64,000 nucleotides of DNA, taken from a virus. A model generated the notes under the pieces. It was not told the DNA's origin. It did no database searches and saw nothing but the letters and a program-made list of their open reading frames with translations. The stretch spans positions 1 to 64,000 of the IMG/VR virus record IMGVR_UViG_3300022848_000777, one strand, 5' to 3'. Position numbers and translations under genes: made by a program. Below are positions 1 to 9,772 of the stretch, piece after piece. Position 1 is the first letter of the stretch; each line of letters opens with the position of its first letter.

Positions 1-1315
1 ACTTATAACTGTGGCATCAATTAATAGTTCACTATCAACTATTAATACTTTCACAAGTTCTTATTTTATTGATTCAGCATCTTTCAGTTCATCAATTGAA
101 GAATTAGAATTATGGTCTGGTTCTTTAATAATCCCTGACATTTCAGCACTTAATACTTTCACAAGTTCTTATTTTATTGATTCAGCATCTTTCAGTTCAT
201 CAATTGAAGAATTAGAATTATGGTCTGGTTCTTTAATAATCCCTGACATTTCAGCACTTAATACTTTCACAAGTTCTTATTTTATTGATTCAGCATCTTT
301 CAGTTCATCAATTGAAGAATTAGAATTATGGTCTGGTTCTTTAATAATCCCTGACATTTCAGCACTTAATACTTTTAGTCAATCGGCACTTATAACTGTG
401 GCATCAATTAATAGTTCACTATCAACTATTAATACTTTCACAAGTTCTTATTTTATTGATTCAGCATCTTTCAGTTCATCAATTGAAGAATTAGAATTAT
501 GGTCTGGTTCTTTAGATTTCATCACATCGGATATTACTGGAAGTTCACTTACAACGGCATCTGTGAATCTAAACACCATAACATTCACAAAAGGTAACTC
601 AGATACATTTAATATAATCATCGATACAGGATCTAGAGAAACATATTCAATATATGATTTGAATGATGTCAATGGTGATGTTAAATATGATAACCCACTG
701 GTGTTTGTTGGTACTGGTACTGATTTTAAGGCAAGGAATTTACAAATAGCAGATATAGTAAATTTATCAGATTTTACATCTTCTATATTCCAAACAACCG
801 AAAGTGCCTTTCCAGCAAATCCAACTCAAGGGGATCGTGTAATTAGATCTGATATTGATTCATTGGAGTTTATGTATGAGAGTAGTAGTATCCGATTAGG
901 GTGGTATTCAACTGAAACATTTGAACATACTTTACTATCAACATCTAATGGTTTCTTCACAGGAAGTGCAATGATCGCAATTAATCAACGTAATGCTATA
1001 GGAATTCCAAGTAATTACGATTATAAATTGGTAGGTGTCATATGTAGTTGGTACTCTACCACACCTGGAGGTATAGACACTGAGGTAAATTTAGATATGA
1101 AAATTCTAAACGATGCGGCCGCTGGTGCGAATTCAATTAATATTATAAATTCGGGAAGTGCACATGGGTTTAACGTAAATGATCGGAACGATGTACTAAA
1201 TGGATTAATTCAAGTTTCATTTGATAGTATTAAAGATACAGCATCCCCTGACACTGATGTAGGTTTAGCCGATCCGCTTGTAAATTTACGTATTAAACGA
1301 TACTATGCATCATAA
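1..1315 (+). CDS. Ser/Thr-rich repetitive virion protein (tail-fibre-like), probably 5'-truncated by the window edge
   Basis: ORF is open from the window start. It has exact 108-nt (36-aa) tandem repeats and SGS/TGS/SAS-rich composition, and sits next to the structural module. Confidence 0.5.
   Translation, partial: LITVASINSSLSTINTFTSSYFIDSASFSSSIEELELWSGSLIIPDISALNTFTSSYFIDSASFSSSIEELELWSGSLIIPDISALNTFTSSYFIDSASFSSSIEELELWSGSLIIPDISALNTFSQSALITVASINSSLSTINTFTSSYFIDSASFSSSIEELELWSGSLDFITSDITGSSLTTASVNLNTITFTKGNSDTFNIIIDTGSRETYSIYDLNDVNGDVKYDNPLVFVGTGTDFKARNLQIADIVNLSDFTSSIFQTTESAFPANPTQGDRVIRSDIDSLEFMYESSSIRLGWYSTETFEHTLLSTSNGFFTGSAMIAINQRNAIGIPSNYDYKLVGVICSWYSTTPGGIDTEVNLDMKILNDAAAGANSINIINSGSAHGFNVNDRNDVLNGLIQVSFDSIKDTASPDTDVGLADPLVNLRIKRYYAS
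43..514 (+). repeat. In-frame coding tandem repeat, 108-nt unit (NTFTSSYFIDSASFSSSIEELELWSGSLIIPDISAL)
   Basis: Units start at 43, 151 and 259. Bases 1-~125 recur at 388-~513. Confidence 0.95.
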
Positions 1316-1375
1316 TGTAAATTTAAAATATCTTATTTAAATTCGGAACGATATATATTAGTAAGGGGATTGTAA

Positions 1376-3661
1376 ATGGGAAATTTAATAAAAGAATGGT
1401 TTAAATCGGTAATTGTAGAATCTATTGATAAGAAAATAGTGGTATATTCTGGGAGATTCCAACCATTTCATTCAGGACACTATAAAACATACGAACATTT
1501 AATAAGTAAGTTCGGTAAAGAAAATGTCTTTATAGGCACATCAGACAAGACTGATAACTTAAAATCACCATTTAGTTTTAAAGAAAAAGAACAGATTATA
1601 AATAAGATGTTCAAAATACCAAAGTCTAAGATTGTCCAAGTCAAAAATCCATATGCACCCGCTGAAATTCTAAATAAATTCGATAAAGAAACAACTGCAT
1701 TTATAACTGTAGTTGGTGAAAAGGATAAGGGTAGACTTAAAGGTAAGTACTTTAAACCATACGAAGCTGGTGGTGAGATTGGATATGCAACTAACGGGTA
1801 TGTTTATGTAGCACCTAGATTATCTAATGTTAGTGGTACTGATGTTAGGAATATGTTATCAAAAGGTGATGATGCTACTAAGATTTCAAATTTCAGATCA
1901 ATATATAAGAATTTTGATAAAAAAATATATGATCTGATTACTTCAAAGTTATCAAATTTATATAATGAAATAATTGATGAATTTATATATAAAGTAAAAT
2001 TGGCAGATATCATCAAAGAGGCATCTACAATACCCGTAAGCGGAAAATCATTAGTAGATGATGGGCCAGGATTTGTTCATGGTAATTTTAAAACATACAC
2101 ATCAGAGGGTGATGCAGCAGCAGCTGCTCTTGGTTGGGAAGTTATAAATTACTTAATGGATGGTGATATGATGGAAGAGTTTAATACAGTTTATCCAAAC
2201 GGCCCTGGTCGATATCAAGTATCATATTTCCCATCGGGAAAGGCAGGCTTAAAAGCACAGTCAATTAGATATGGTGATAATTTCAAAGGAACTAAGGCTT
2301 ACAAAATGTGGGCAAAGCATATTACAAAAGTGGCAACTGTAGTTGGGTATAAGTTAGTTGATTTCTTAGATGCTGATGATTCAATCGAAAGTTCTAAAAA
2401 TCAACCAGTAAAAGAAAAAACACCAAAACAGAATATGAATGAGGGTATTATTAACGAAGGTGGTGCATACGGTCATATGAATCACCCATTTGATATCCAA
2501 ATGAATTTAACTTTTGATGATTTAAGACAAATAATAAATAAAGCATTAAATGGTAACTTAAAATTAGCTAGAGAAAAAACCGATGGTCAAGCTCTAGCAA
2601 TATCATGGAGAGATGATAAAGGGTTGATCGCAGCAAGAAACAAAGGTCATTTAAAAAATAGTGGTGAAAATGCATTAGATATAAGTGGTGTGGCATCTAA
2701 ATTTGAAGGTCGTGGTGAGTTATCGAAAGCATATAACTTTGCGATGAATGATTTGAATGATGCAATAAAGAGCCTATCTGCGAAACAACGAGATATGATA
2801 TTTATGCAAGGTAAATCTTTTATGAATTTAGAAGTGATATACCCCACATCAGTAAACGTTATACCTTATAATAATGCACTATTGGTATTCCATAACAGCA
2901 CTGAATACAATGATGATGGTGTGGCAATTGGTGCAAACCAACCAGCAGCAAGAGTATTATCGGATATGATTAAGGAAGTAAACAAAGATGTCCAATCTAA
3001 TTATAAGATTCAGGGACCGCCAGTAGTAGAATTACCAAAGAGTCAAGATTTATCTAAACTTCAATCTAAATTTGATTCACAACTTAATAAACTTCAAAAG
3101 GAATTTGAACTAAAAGGATCGCAGGGAGTTGCGGATTACCATCAAGCTTGGTGGGAAGCTTGGGTTGATAAGAATTCACCTAAATCTTTAGATAATCGCA
3201 CAAAAATGGGATTGGTAAAGAGATGGGCTTTTAATGATAAATCATTTAGATTAGATACTAAAAATCTAAAAGATAACACTGTGTTAGATTGGGCTAAAGT
3301 TACTGATAAGACTGATAAGGATAAGTTAGCAAAAATAAATATCAAGAAATTTGAAGATATATTCTTAGGTGTTGGTGCAGAGGTACTATCCTTTATGGGT
3401 TCTGTATTGGCTGTTAATCCAGATGCAGCAGTTCGTACTATGAAAGCGAGATTAGATCAAACAATAAAGGATGTTAGAAAATCAGGAGATTCCAAAAAAA
3501 TAGAAAAGCTGAAATTGGAATTGGAACGGTTGGCCGCAATTGGTGGTAAAGATAAAATAGTACCCAATGAGGGAATTGTTTTTGTGTATAAGGATAATAC
3601 TTATAAGTTAACAGGTGCATTCGCTTCACTTAACCAGATTGTCGGTTTAATGTATTATTAA
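1376..3661 (+). CDS. Multidomain protein: N-terminal HIGH-type cytidylyltransferase-like domain and C-terminal ligase-like nucleotidyltransferase domain
   Basis: N-terminal GRFQPFHSGH, VVGEKD and SGTDVR motifs. C-terminal EKTDG, NLEVI, EGIVF and YKLTG resemble ligase motifs I, III, IV and V. Confidence 0.65.
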   Translation: MGNLIKEWFKSVIVESIDKKIVVYSGRFQPFHSGHYKTYEHLISKFGKENVFIGTSDKTDNLKSPFSFKEKEQIINKMFKIPKSKIVQVKNPYAPAEILNKFDKETTAFITVVGEKDKGRLKGKYFKPYEAGGEIGYATNGYVYVAPRLSNVSGTDVRNMLSKGDDATKISNFRSIYKNFDKKIYDLITSKLSNLYNEIIDEFIYKVKLADIIKEASTIPVSGKSLVDDGPGFVHGNFKTYTSEGDAAAAALGWEVINYLMDGDMMEEFNTVYPNGPGRYQVSYFPSGKAGLKAQSIRYGDNFKGTKAYKMWAKHITKVATVVGYKLVDFLDADDSIESSKNQPVKEKTPKQNMNEGIINEGGAYGHMNHPFDIQMNLTFDDLRQIINKALNGNLKLAREKTDGQALAISWRDDKGLIAARNKGHLKNSGENALDISGVASKFEGRGELSKAYNFAMNDLNDAIKSLSAKQRDMIFMQGKSFMNLEVIYPTSVNVIPYNNALLVFHNSTEYNDDGVAIGANQPAARVLSDMIKEVNKDVQSNYKIQGPPVVELPKSQDLSKLQSKFDSQLNKLQKEFELKGSQGVADYHQAWWEAWVDKNSPKSLDNRTKMGLVKRWAFNDKSFRLDTKNLKDNTVLDWAKVTDKTDKDKLAKINIKKFEDIFLGVGAEVLSFMGSVLAVNPDAAVRTMKARLDQTIKDVRKSGDSKKIEKLKLELERLAAIGGKDKIVPNEGIVFVYKDNTYKLTGAFASLNQIVGLMYY

Positions 3662-3752
3662 TTATCTAATATTTATAGTAAATAAAAGGAATGTGATGAA
3701 AATTATAAAATTAAAAGAAATATTAAAATAAATAATATTAAAAATAAAGTAT

Positions 3753-4355
3753 ATGACAAACAATAAATTAAAAAATATCCAAGCCATCAAAGAGATGTTA
3801 GATGGTCAACATCGAACGCAGACAAAAAATAATGTTGGTTTTAGAGATATCGAATTTCAAAAACGTGAAGTTGGTGACATTTGGGAAGATGTGAATGGGG
3901 ATCAATGGGAGCAAAAATCAGGCTTCAAAGTAAAAGTTGGTAAGTTGTCAGATAAGAGAAAAGAAATGCGAACTTTTTCAAAATGTAATAAGGAAGTATG
4001 TGATTGTACAGATCCAGGCAAAGCTGACCTAAAGATGAAATCTAGCCACGGTATGTGTTTAGAATGTGCAACTGATATGGAACATCTTCTTAAATTAAAT
4101 GGTGAGTATGATGAGTATGAACGTAATCGTGTATTGGAAAACGCAAAAGTGTGGCTACGAAATGCAGAGATAGAAAAAAATGTTCTAATAAGTACTCTTA
4201 AATCGCAGTTTATTAATGAAGATGGTAGTATTGAGGAATGGGATGGTTTGAATCCTGAGCAAATTGAACGACAAATTGAAAAAGGTTTTGATGATTTTAA
4301 AAATAACTTTATAAAGCAGTTAGAGGGACCTAAAAATGAAAAGGTTATTACGTAG
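3753..4355 (+). CDS. Hypothetical phage protein with Cys cluster
   Basis: 200-aa ORF in operon context with CxxxxCxC and CxxC. Confidence 0.6.
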   Translation: MTNNKLKNIQAIKEMLDGQHRTQTKNNVGFRDIEFQKREVGDIWEDVNGDQWEQKSGFKVKVGKLSDKRKEMRTFSKCNKEVCDCTDPGKADLKMKSSHGMCLECATDMEHLLKLNGEYDEYERNRVLENAKVWLRNAEIEKNVLISTLKSQFINEDGSIEEWDGLNPEQIERQIEKGFDDFKNNFIKQLEGPKNEKVIT

Positions 4356-4701
4356 AATTGGTATTTTAGTAAAACACCTATTTAGTGACACTAATTCAAT
4401 AAATGAGAAATCAATTGTTGGGTTTTTGGCATTTGTTATGATGATATTTACATTAATTCTTGACATGGTAACTGGATTAATGGGGCGAGAGTTTCCAATA
4501 CATGAATTCGTTTATGACGGATTCTTATATATATGTATAGGTGCGTTAGGTATCGCATCGGTGGATAAGATATTCAGAAGGTCAGGCCCAACAAATGATA
4601 ACTTTGATATTGATGATGAATTTGATATGGAAGATGATCATACTAACGAATGTCATTGCGATATGCCACCAAAGAAATGCCATTGCCATAACCATAATTA
4701 A
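4336..4701 (+). CDS. Small two-TM membrane protein (holin candidate)
   Basis: Two hydrophobic segments and a charged C-terminal tail. Confidence 0.45.
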   Translation: MKRLLRRIGILVKHLFSDTNSINEKSIVGFLAFVMMIFTLILDMVTGLMGREFPIHEFVYDGFLYICIGALGIASVDKIFRRSGPTNDNFDIDDEFDMEDDHTNECHCDMPPKKCHCHNHN

Positions 4702-4711
4702 GGAAATTAAA

Positions 4712-5386
4712 ATGAAAATAAAATTAATAGAATTATTAGGTAAGGAAAATACCAGACTTAATAAAAAAGTAAAAAAAGAATTAGATGCATACCTTAAAGG
4801 CATACCAGTTAACTCTGCAAATTATCAATACGCTGTTATGGTTATGATAGTGGCCGCTGCAAATGATTCAAACTTCCACTCACAGGCGAAGAAATTCCCA
4901 TCATTATTTCCTAAAGCAAAATCCCATAAATCTCAAGGTGCTGAATTTGATTCATTAATAAAGGATCGGGGAATTGAAATCGCTAAATGGGCCAAGTGGG
5001 ATTTAAATACAATCATAGATGCATTTGCATTTTTCACTAATATGAACATTGGTGGTGGTTTTGGAAACAAACTAAAAACTCTAAAGGTGGCTGTTGAAGA
5101 ATCGGTCAATGAAGATAATTCAGATACATATTTCAGATCATTCGCATCAGCAGTTGAATATGCTAGAACATCAACAGAAAAACGTGGGTTTGAAATCGAT
5201 GAAGATGATTGGCAAACACAGATAGCATTGGGTGGTAAGTATAATAGAGGTAGACCTTCAATTGGAAAAACACATACATTTGGTATTTCATTAAGTAAGA
5301 ATAAAAAACCCCAAAGAAAATCACTAAGTATATCAGTATTCGGTATGGCTAGTGGTAACTTTGAACTAACTCATTATATAAATTAA
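4712..5386 (+). CDS. Putative internal head protein
   Basis: Likely start is ATG 4712 after AAGGA (MKIKLIELLG), not 4595. Internal EESVNED linker. Confidence 0.5.
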   Translation: MKIKLIELLGKENTRLNKKVKKELDAYLKGIPVNSANYQYAVMVMIVAAANDSNFHSQAKKFPSLFPKAKSHKSQGAEFDSLIKDRGIEIAKWAKWDLNTIIDAFAFFTNMNIGGGFGNKLKTLKVAVEESVNEDNSDTYFRSFASAVEYARTSTEKRGFEIDEDDWQTQIALGGKYNRGRPSIGKTHTFGISLSKNKKPQRKSLSISVFGMASGNFELTHYIN

Positions 5387-5393
5387 GGAAAAT

Positions 5394-6131
5394 ATGAACC
5401 TGACTAAATTAATATCAGAAATTATGAATGAAAGTAATAAATTTGATTCAGATACTACACCTATAAAAGAATCATCCATCAAAACAATCAATATGTTATT
5501 CAAAAACAAAGGGATGAAGGATGCTATCAGAAAAGAAAAGGTTGATCAAATTCGAAAAGCAATCGAAAGTGAGGGTATTAGTACCAAAAACGTGAGTGAT
5601 GATGAAATTTTGACAATAGCAAAAGAACTTAATGAAGTTGCTAATAAAAGAAGATTAAAAGAATCTGTATATACGAATCAGACTGGATTAAAAACTGCAA
5701 TGCTGGGTGAGCCAAAACTTAATCGTTTATTAAAGGCTTCTACTGATTCGTGGGCTAGGCGTTCTGATGTCAAAGTGTTCAAAGAAAAAAGATTCTTCAT
5801 ATTTACAGATGGTAAGCGTGAAATGGTAATAACGCATAGTGATGGTGATTTCAAAGTAATGAAAAAGTTGGGTAGAATAAGCAAAGTTACCAAACGACTT
5901 TATAATGAATTAGCTAATGAATCCACTGACATCCAATCTGTGCTACTCAATCCCAAAGGGGATAAGTTTGTTGTATCTGAAAGAGATAATACCGTAGCAG
6001 GAAATCTAGGTGGATTTACGATGTATATACTAAGCAAATCGGGAAATAATAAAGTAGTGGGATCATTACCATCACTTAAAGAGGCAATTTCTCATGGTAA
6101 AATTAATGGATTTACTAAAAAAATAAAGTAA
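5394..6131 (+). CDS. Putative internal head protein
   Basis: N-terminus MNLTKLISEIMNES; repeated IKES, LKES and ANES. Confidence 0.45.
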   Translation: MNLTKLISEIMNESNKFDSDTTPIKESSIKTINMLFKNKGMKDAIRKEKVDQIRKAIESEGISTKNVSDDEILTIAKELNEVANKRRLKESVYTNQTGLKTAMLGEPKLNRLLKASTDSWARRSDVKVFKEKRFFIFTDGKREMVITHSDGDFKVMKKLGRISKVTKRLYNELANESTDIQSVLLNPKGDKFVVSERDNTVAGNLGGFTMYILSKSGNNKVVGSLPSLKEAISHGKINGFTKKIK

Positions 6132-6174
6132 TTCTATTTATATAATAGTGATTAACAGATAAATATGAAATTCT

Positions 6175-6579
6175 ATGGAGTTAGCATTGTGGGGAAATAC
6201 TAAAAAGTTTTTTAAATACTTAGCAAAAAACCCTATTATTATTTTCATTATAATCATAGGTTGTTTTTCATATTGGGTCAATCAATTACAAAGTGAAAAT
6301 TACGACCTAAAGTATAATAGTGATGGGTATAAAGAAACTATAATAAATTTAAAAACTGATTTAAAATCAATAGAATCTAAATCAGAAATGGTGGGTGAAG
6401 AGTGGGATGAATCAAAAAAGAAAGTGATACTTCTTACTAAAAAGTTAAATGAAGTGGATACTGATGATGAAGTTAAAGATAAAAATATTGTTTTTTGGGC
6501 TGATGATTCTACTAAGTGGAATCAACTTAAAAGCGCAATCGACTCAATTAGTTACAGGAATACAAGATTTCCAGAATGA
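6175..6579 (+). CDS. Membrane-anchored coiled-coil protein (spanin-like candidate)
   Basis: N-terminal TM segment followed by coiled coil; overlaps the next ORF. Confidence 0.4.
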   Translation: MELALWGNTKKFFKYLAKNPIIIFIIIIGCFSYWVNQLQSENYDLKYNSDGYKETIINLKTDLKSIESKSEMVGEEWDESKKKVILLTKKLNEVDTDDEVKDKNIVFWADDSTKWNQLKSAIDSISYRNTRFPE

Positions 6580-6931
6580 CACTGTATTAGTTATATACAA
6601 AGATCATGCAGTTGATATGGTTAATTATAAACGTAATGTCGATTTATTACTAAACCGATTTACAGCGCAGACTATGCGACATGAACGGTTAATCGATGTG
6701 TGGGTTGAAACTACAGTAAGAGCAGAAAAAGCAGAAGAGTTATTATCATTGGAATTGGAAACCTCAATTGCAAAGGATATGATTATAGATTTACAGTTAG
6801 AAAAGATCGATGGGTTTAAAGGTACAACACGAAAAGAAAAACGAAAGTCTTGGAAAAATGGAGCAATAGCAGGGTCAGTCGGTACTGTAGTTGTTATAGC
6901 AGTCCTTAGTGTGTTTGTGTTTAATAATTAA
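6449..6931 (+). CDS. Signal-peptide and C-terminal-TM protein (spanin partner candidate)
   Basis: Signal-like MKLKIKILFFGLMILLSGINLKAQ, helical middle, C-terminal hydrophobic anchor. Confidence 0.4.
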   Translation: MKWILMMKLKIKILFFGLMILLSGINLKAQSTQLVTGIQDFQNDTVLVIYKDHAVDMVNYKRNVDLLLNRFTAQTMRHERLIDVWVETTVRAEKAEELLSLELETSIAKDMIIDLQLEKIDGFKGTTRKEKRKSWKNGAIAGSVGTVVVIAVLSVFVFNN

Positions 6932-6937
6932 AATATT

Positions 6938-7774
6938 ATGAATAAACCTATAAAAAGTATAAATCAATTAATAAAAGATGAGTACACTAAATGTGCAGCT
7001 GATCCAGTATATTTCTTTAAGAAATATTGTTATATCCAACATCCAACACGTGGGAAGATTTTATTCGATACCTTCGATTTCCAAGATGAAACTTTAGAAG
7101 ATTTTAATAATTTCAGATTTAATGTGATATTAAAATCAAGACAGTTGGGTATATCAACACTAACAGCAGGTTACGCATTATGGTTAATGTTATTTAAAGA
7201 AGATCAAAATATATTGGTTATAGCAACAACTCAAGATGTGGCCAAAAACCTTATCACTAAGGTTAAGTATATGCATGATAACTGCCCTAGTTGGTTGAGG
7301 TTAGATACTGAGGAAGCAAACAAACTATCATTAAGATTTGTAAATGGTTCAACAATTAAAGCCGTATCAAGTACAGGAACAGCGGGTCGATCAGAGGCAC
7401 TATCATTATTGATCATTGATGAGGCTGCATTTATTCAAAAAGTAGATGATATTTGGGCTTCTGCACAATCTACACTTTCCACTGGGGGTAGTGCTATCGT
7501 ACTTTCCACACCAAATGGTGTTGATAACTTCTTTCATAGCACATGGTTAAAATCAGAAGAGGGTGCCGCATGGAATGGAATACGATTGCATTGGACTAGG
7601 CATCCAGAAAGAAATCAAAAATGGAGAGATGAGCAATCCGCATTGCTTGGTGATGCAATGGCAGCTCAGGAATGTGATTGTTTGTGGGGGGAATCTATGG
7701 TTACGGTACGTGATACTGAAACGGAAAATATCATAAACGTATCACTTTCAGATTTGTATAATAATTTATATTAA
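6938..7774 (+). CDS. terL: Terminase large subunit, N-terminal ATPase part fused to a 31-aa split-intein N fragment
   Basis: KSRQLGIST (Walker A), LIIDEAAF (Walker B), STPNG. Ends QECD|CLWGESMVTVRD...LYNNLY*, with intein Cys1 at 7679. Confidence 0.95.
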   Translation: MNKPIKSINQLIKDEYTKCAADPVYFFKKYCYIQHPTRGKILFDTFDFQDETLEDFNNFRFNVILKSRQLGISTLTAGYALWLMLFKEDQNILVIATTQDVAKNLITKVKYMHDNCPSWLRLDTEEANKLSLRFVNGSTIKAVSSTGTAGRSEALSLLIIDEAAFIQKVDDIWASAQSTLSTGGSAIVLSTPNGVDNFFHSTWLKSEEGAAWNGIRLHWTRHPERNQKWRDEQSALLGDAMAAQECDCLWGESMVTVRDTETENIINVSLSDLYNNLY

Positions 7775-7777
7775 TTA

Positions 7778-7785
7778 TACTTATA
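7778..7785 (+). promoter_or_regulatory. Late-type promoter motif TACTTATA before the terL endonuclease
   Basis: Member of the TA(T/C)TTATA family (about 18 intergenic copies). Confidence 0.65.
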
Positions 7786-7808
7786 TACAAGAGTGTGAAT
7801 GTAAACGG

Positions 7809-8552
7809 ATGTTATATATGGGGTATGTAAAAGATGGGTGGGATAAAATTAAAGATGAATTATCAAATATTGATGAGTTTTATACCATTAAGCAAACTAT
7901 ACATTTATTAAATACGGATTATTATTATAAAAATTATTTTGGTAGGGCTAGGAATCGCACTATGATAAAACGTAATCCTAAATTATACAAGTCCATATAT
8001 GAACATACTGATATTTTAGAAACGACATTTAAAAAATATAATAAATACAAAGGTTGGTATAATTTCAAATACCGTATGGTATTTTTAGTTGATAATGGTG
8101 GTGATATTAACACTTTAAAGTGTGAGTGTGGTCGTACATATAATTGGACTAAATATTGTAGATTCTGCCCAAATCCTAAAAAAACATGGTTGGGTAAAAC
8201 ACATACAGATGTAACTAAAAAAATACAACGAATAAGTACTTTACAATACTTATCAAAAACCAATGGTCAATTAACACCTAGATATAATATCAATTCAATA
8301 CCAATCATAGAAGCAAAAGCTAAAGAATTAGGAATAACTGATTTACAGCATGCCGAAAATGGTGGAGAATTCCACATCAAAGATCTTGGTTATTGGGTGG
8401 ATGGTTATAGTAAAGAAAAAAACATAGTAATAGAATATGATGAACGTCATCATTTCAGAAATGATAAGATAAAAGTGAAAGATATTCAAAGACAAAACGA
8501 AATCGAAACCCATCTTAATTGTAAATTTATAAGGATACGTTGTAATGGATAA
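7809..8552 (+). mobile_element. Free-standing homing endonuclease (Vsr/EDxHD-like PD-(D/E)xK fold) inside fractured terL
   Basis: QHAENGGE..VDGY..IVIEYDERHH..D..RQ..I...L.C.FIRI. Lies between the intein halves; paralog of 54188..55015. Confidence 0.85.
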
Positions 8553-9732
8553 TCATATATTAAGACATAATCATAAATATGAAATACTAACACCATCGGG
8601 ATATCAATCATTCGCTGGGATTCGTAAGATCTCTAAAGATGTAATATACACCATTATATTATCTAATAATAAAACAATAAAATGTTCAGATAATCACCCA
8701 TTTATTATTAACACTGATATTATCCATTCCAATAAATTAAAAGTTGGTGATATATTAGATGGTGTTGATGATACCATAATTACGATTGTTGATATTAAGA
8801 AAACGATGGGAACTTTGAATTTATTTGATGTCGTTGATGTTAATGGTGGTAATTTATTTAATGTTGATGGTATAATTTCACATAATTGTGATTTCATCAC
8901 ATCGGGTTATGGTGTTGTCGATGGTTCTATATTGGAGTGGTATAAAGAGAATCATGTTGTAGATCCATTAGAAGAACGTGGTTTCGATGGTAATTATTGG
9001 TTGTGGAAATATCCAGATTATGATAAAAATTACATCGTTGTGGCCGATGTCGCGCGAGGTGATGGTAAGGATTTTTCAACATTCCATGTTTTCGATGTAG
9101 AAACTGTAGAGCAGGTTGCTGAATACAAAGGTAAGATAGAAACAAAACCTTTTGGTGAGATGTTAGTGGCCGTCGCTATTGAGTGGAATAATGCAATGTT
9201 GGTAATAGAAAACGCCAATGTTGGTTGGGCTGCGATACAACCCGCAATCGATAGACATTATGAAAACCTATATTATTCATATAAAGATTTTGGATATGTT
9301 GATGATGAAGTTCATCTACAAAGTGCCTATGATATGGCAGATAAATCCAAAATGGTTCCTGGATTCTCAATGACAACTAGGACACGACCTTTGGTTATAT
9401 CAAAACTTGATACATATATGAGAGAAAAAGTGCCGATAATTCACTCAATTAGACTTATAAATGAATTATTTGTATTTGTTTGGATGGGTTCTAAGGCAAT
9501 TGCTCGTAATGGGCATAATGATGATTTAGTAATGGCATTTTCTACAGCTTTATGGGTGAGGGATACCGCACTTAGACTTAGACAAAAGGGTATTGATTTA
9601 AATAGAAGTGCAATACAACATACTACAAAATCAAATACATTCTATAGTAACACCCAACGAGCTCAATCCGACAAGTACTGGAATATGAATATAGGTGGAA
9701 AGCATAGTGAAAATATAAAATGGTTGCTGTAA
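8545..9732 (+). CDS. terL: Split-intein C fragment (114 aa) plus terminase large subunit nuclease part
   Basis: CSDNHPF (block B) and ISHN|CDFITSG (Asn ends 8886, Cys+1 at 8887), then ADVARGDGKDFS and HNDDLVMA nuclease motifs. Confidence 0.95.
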   Translation: MDNHILRHNHKYEILTPSGYQSFAGIRKISKDVIYTIILSNNKTIKCSDNHPFIINTDIIHSNKLKVGDILDGVDDTIITIVDIKKTMGTLNLFDVVDVNGGNLFNVDGIISHNCDFITSGYGVVDGSILEWYKENHVVDPLEERGFDGNYWLWKYPDYDKNYIVVADVARGDGKDFSTFHVFDVETVEQVAEYKGKIETKPFGEMLVAVAIEWNNAMLVIENANVGWAAIQPAIDRHYENLYYSYKDFGYVDDEVHLQSAYDMADKSKMVPGFSMTTRTRPLVISKLDTYMREKVPIIHSIRLINELFVFVWMGSKAIARNGHNDDLVMAFSTALWVRDTALRLRQKGIDLNRSAIQHTTKSNTFYSNTQRAQSDKYWNMNIGGKHSENIKWLL

Positions 9733-9772
9733 TTATTAGAAATAAAGTATTTATATATAAATAAGATATTAT

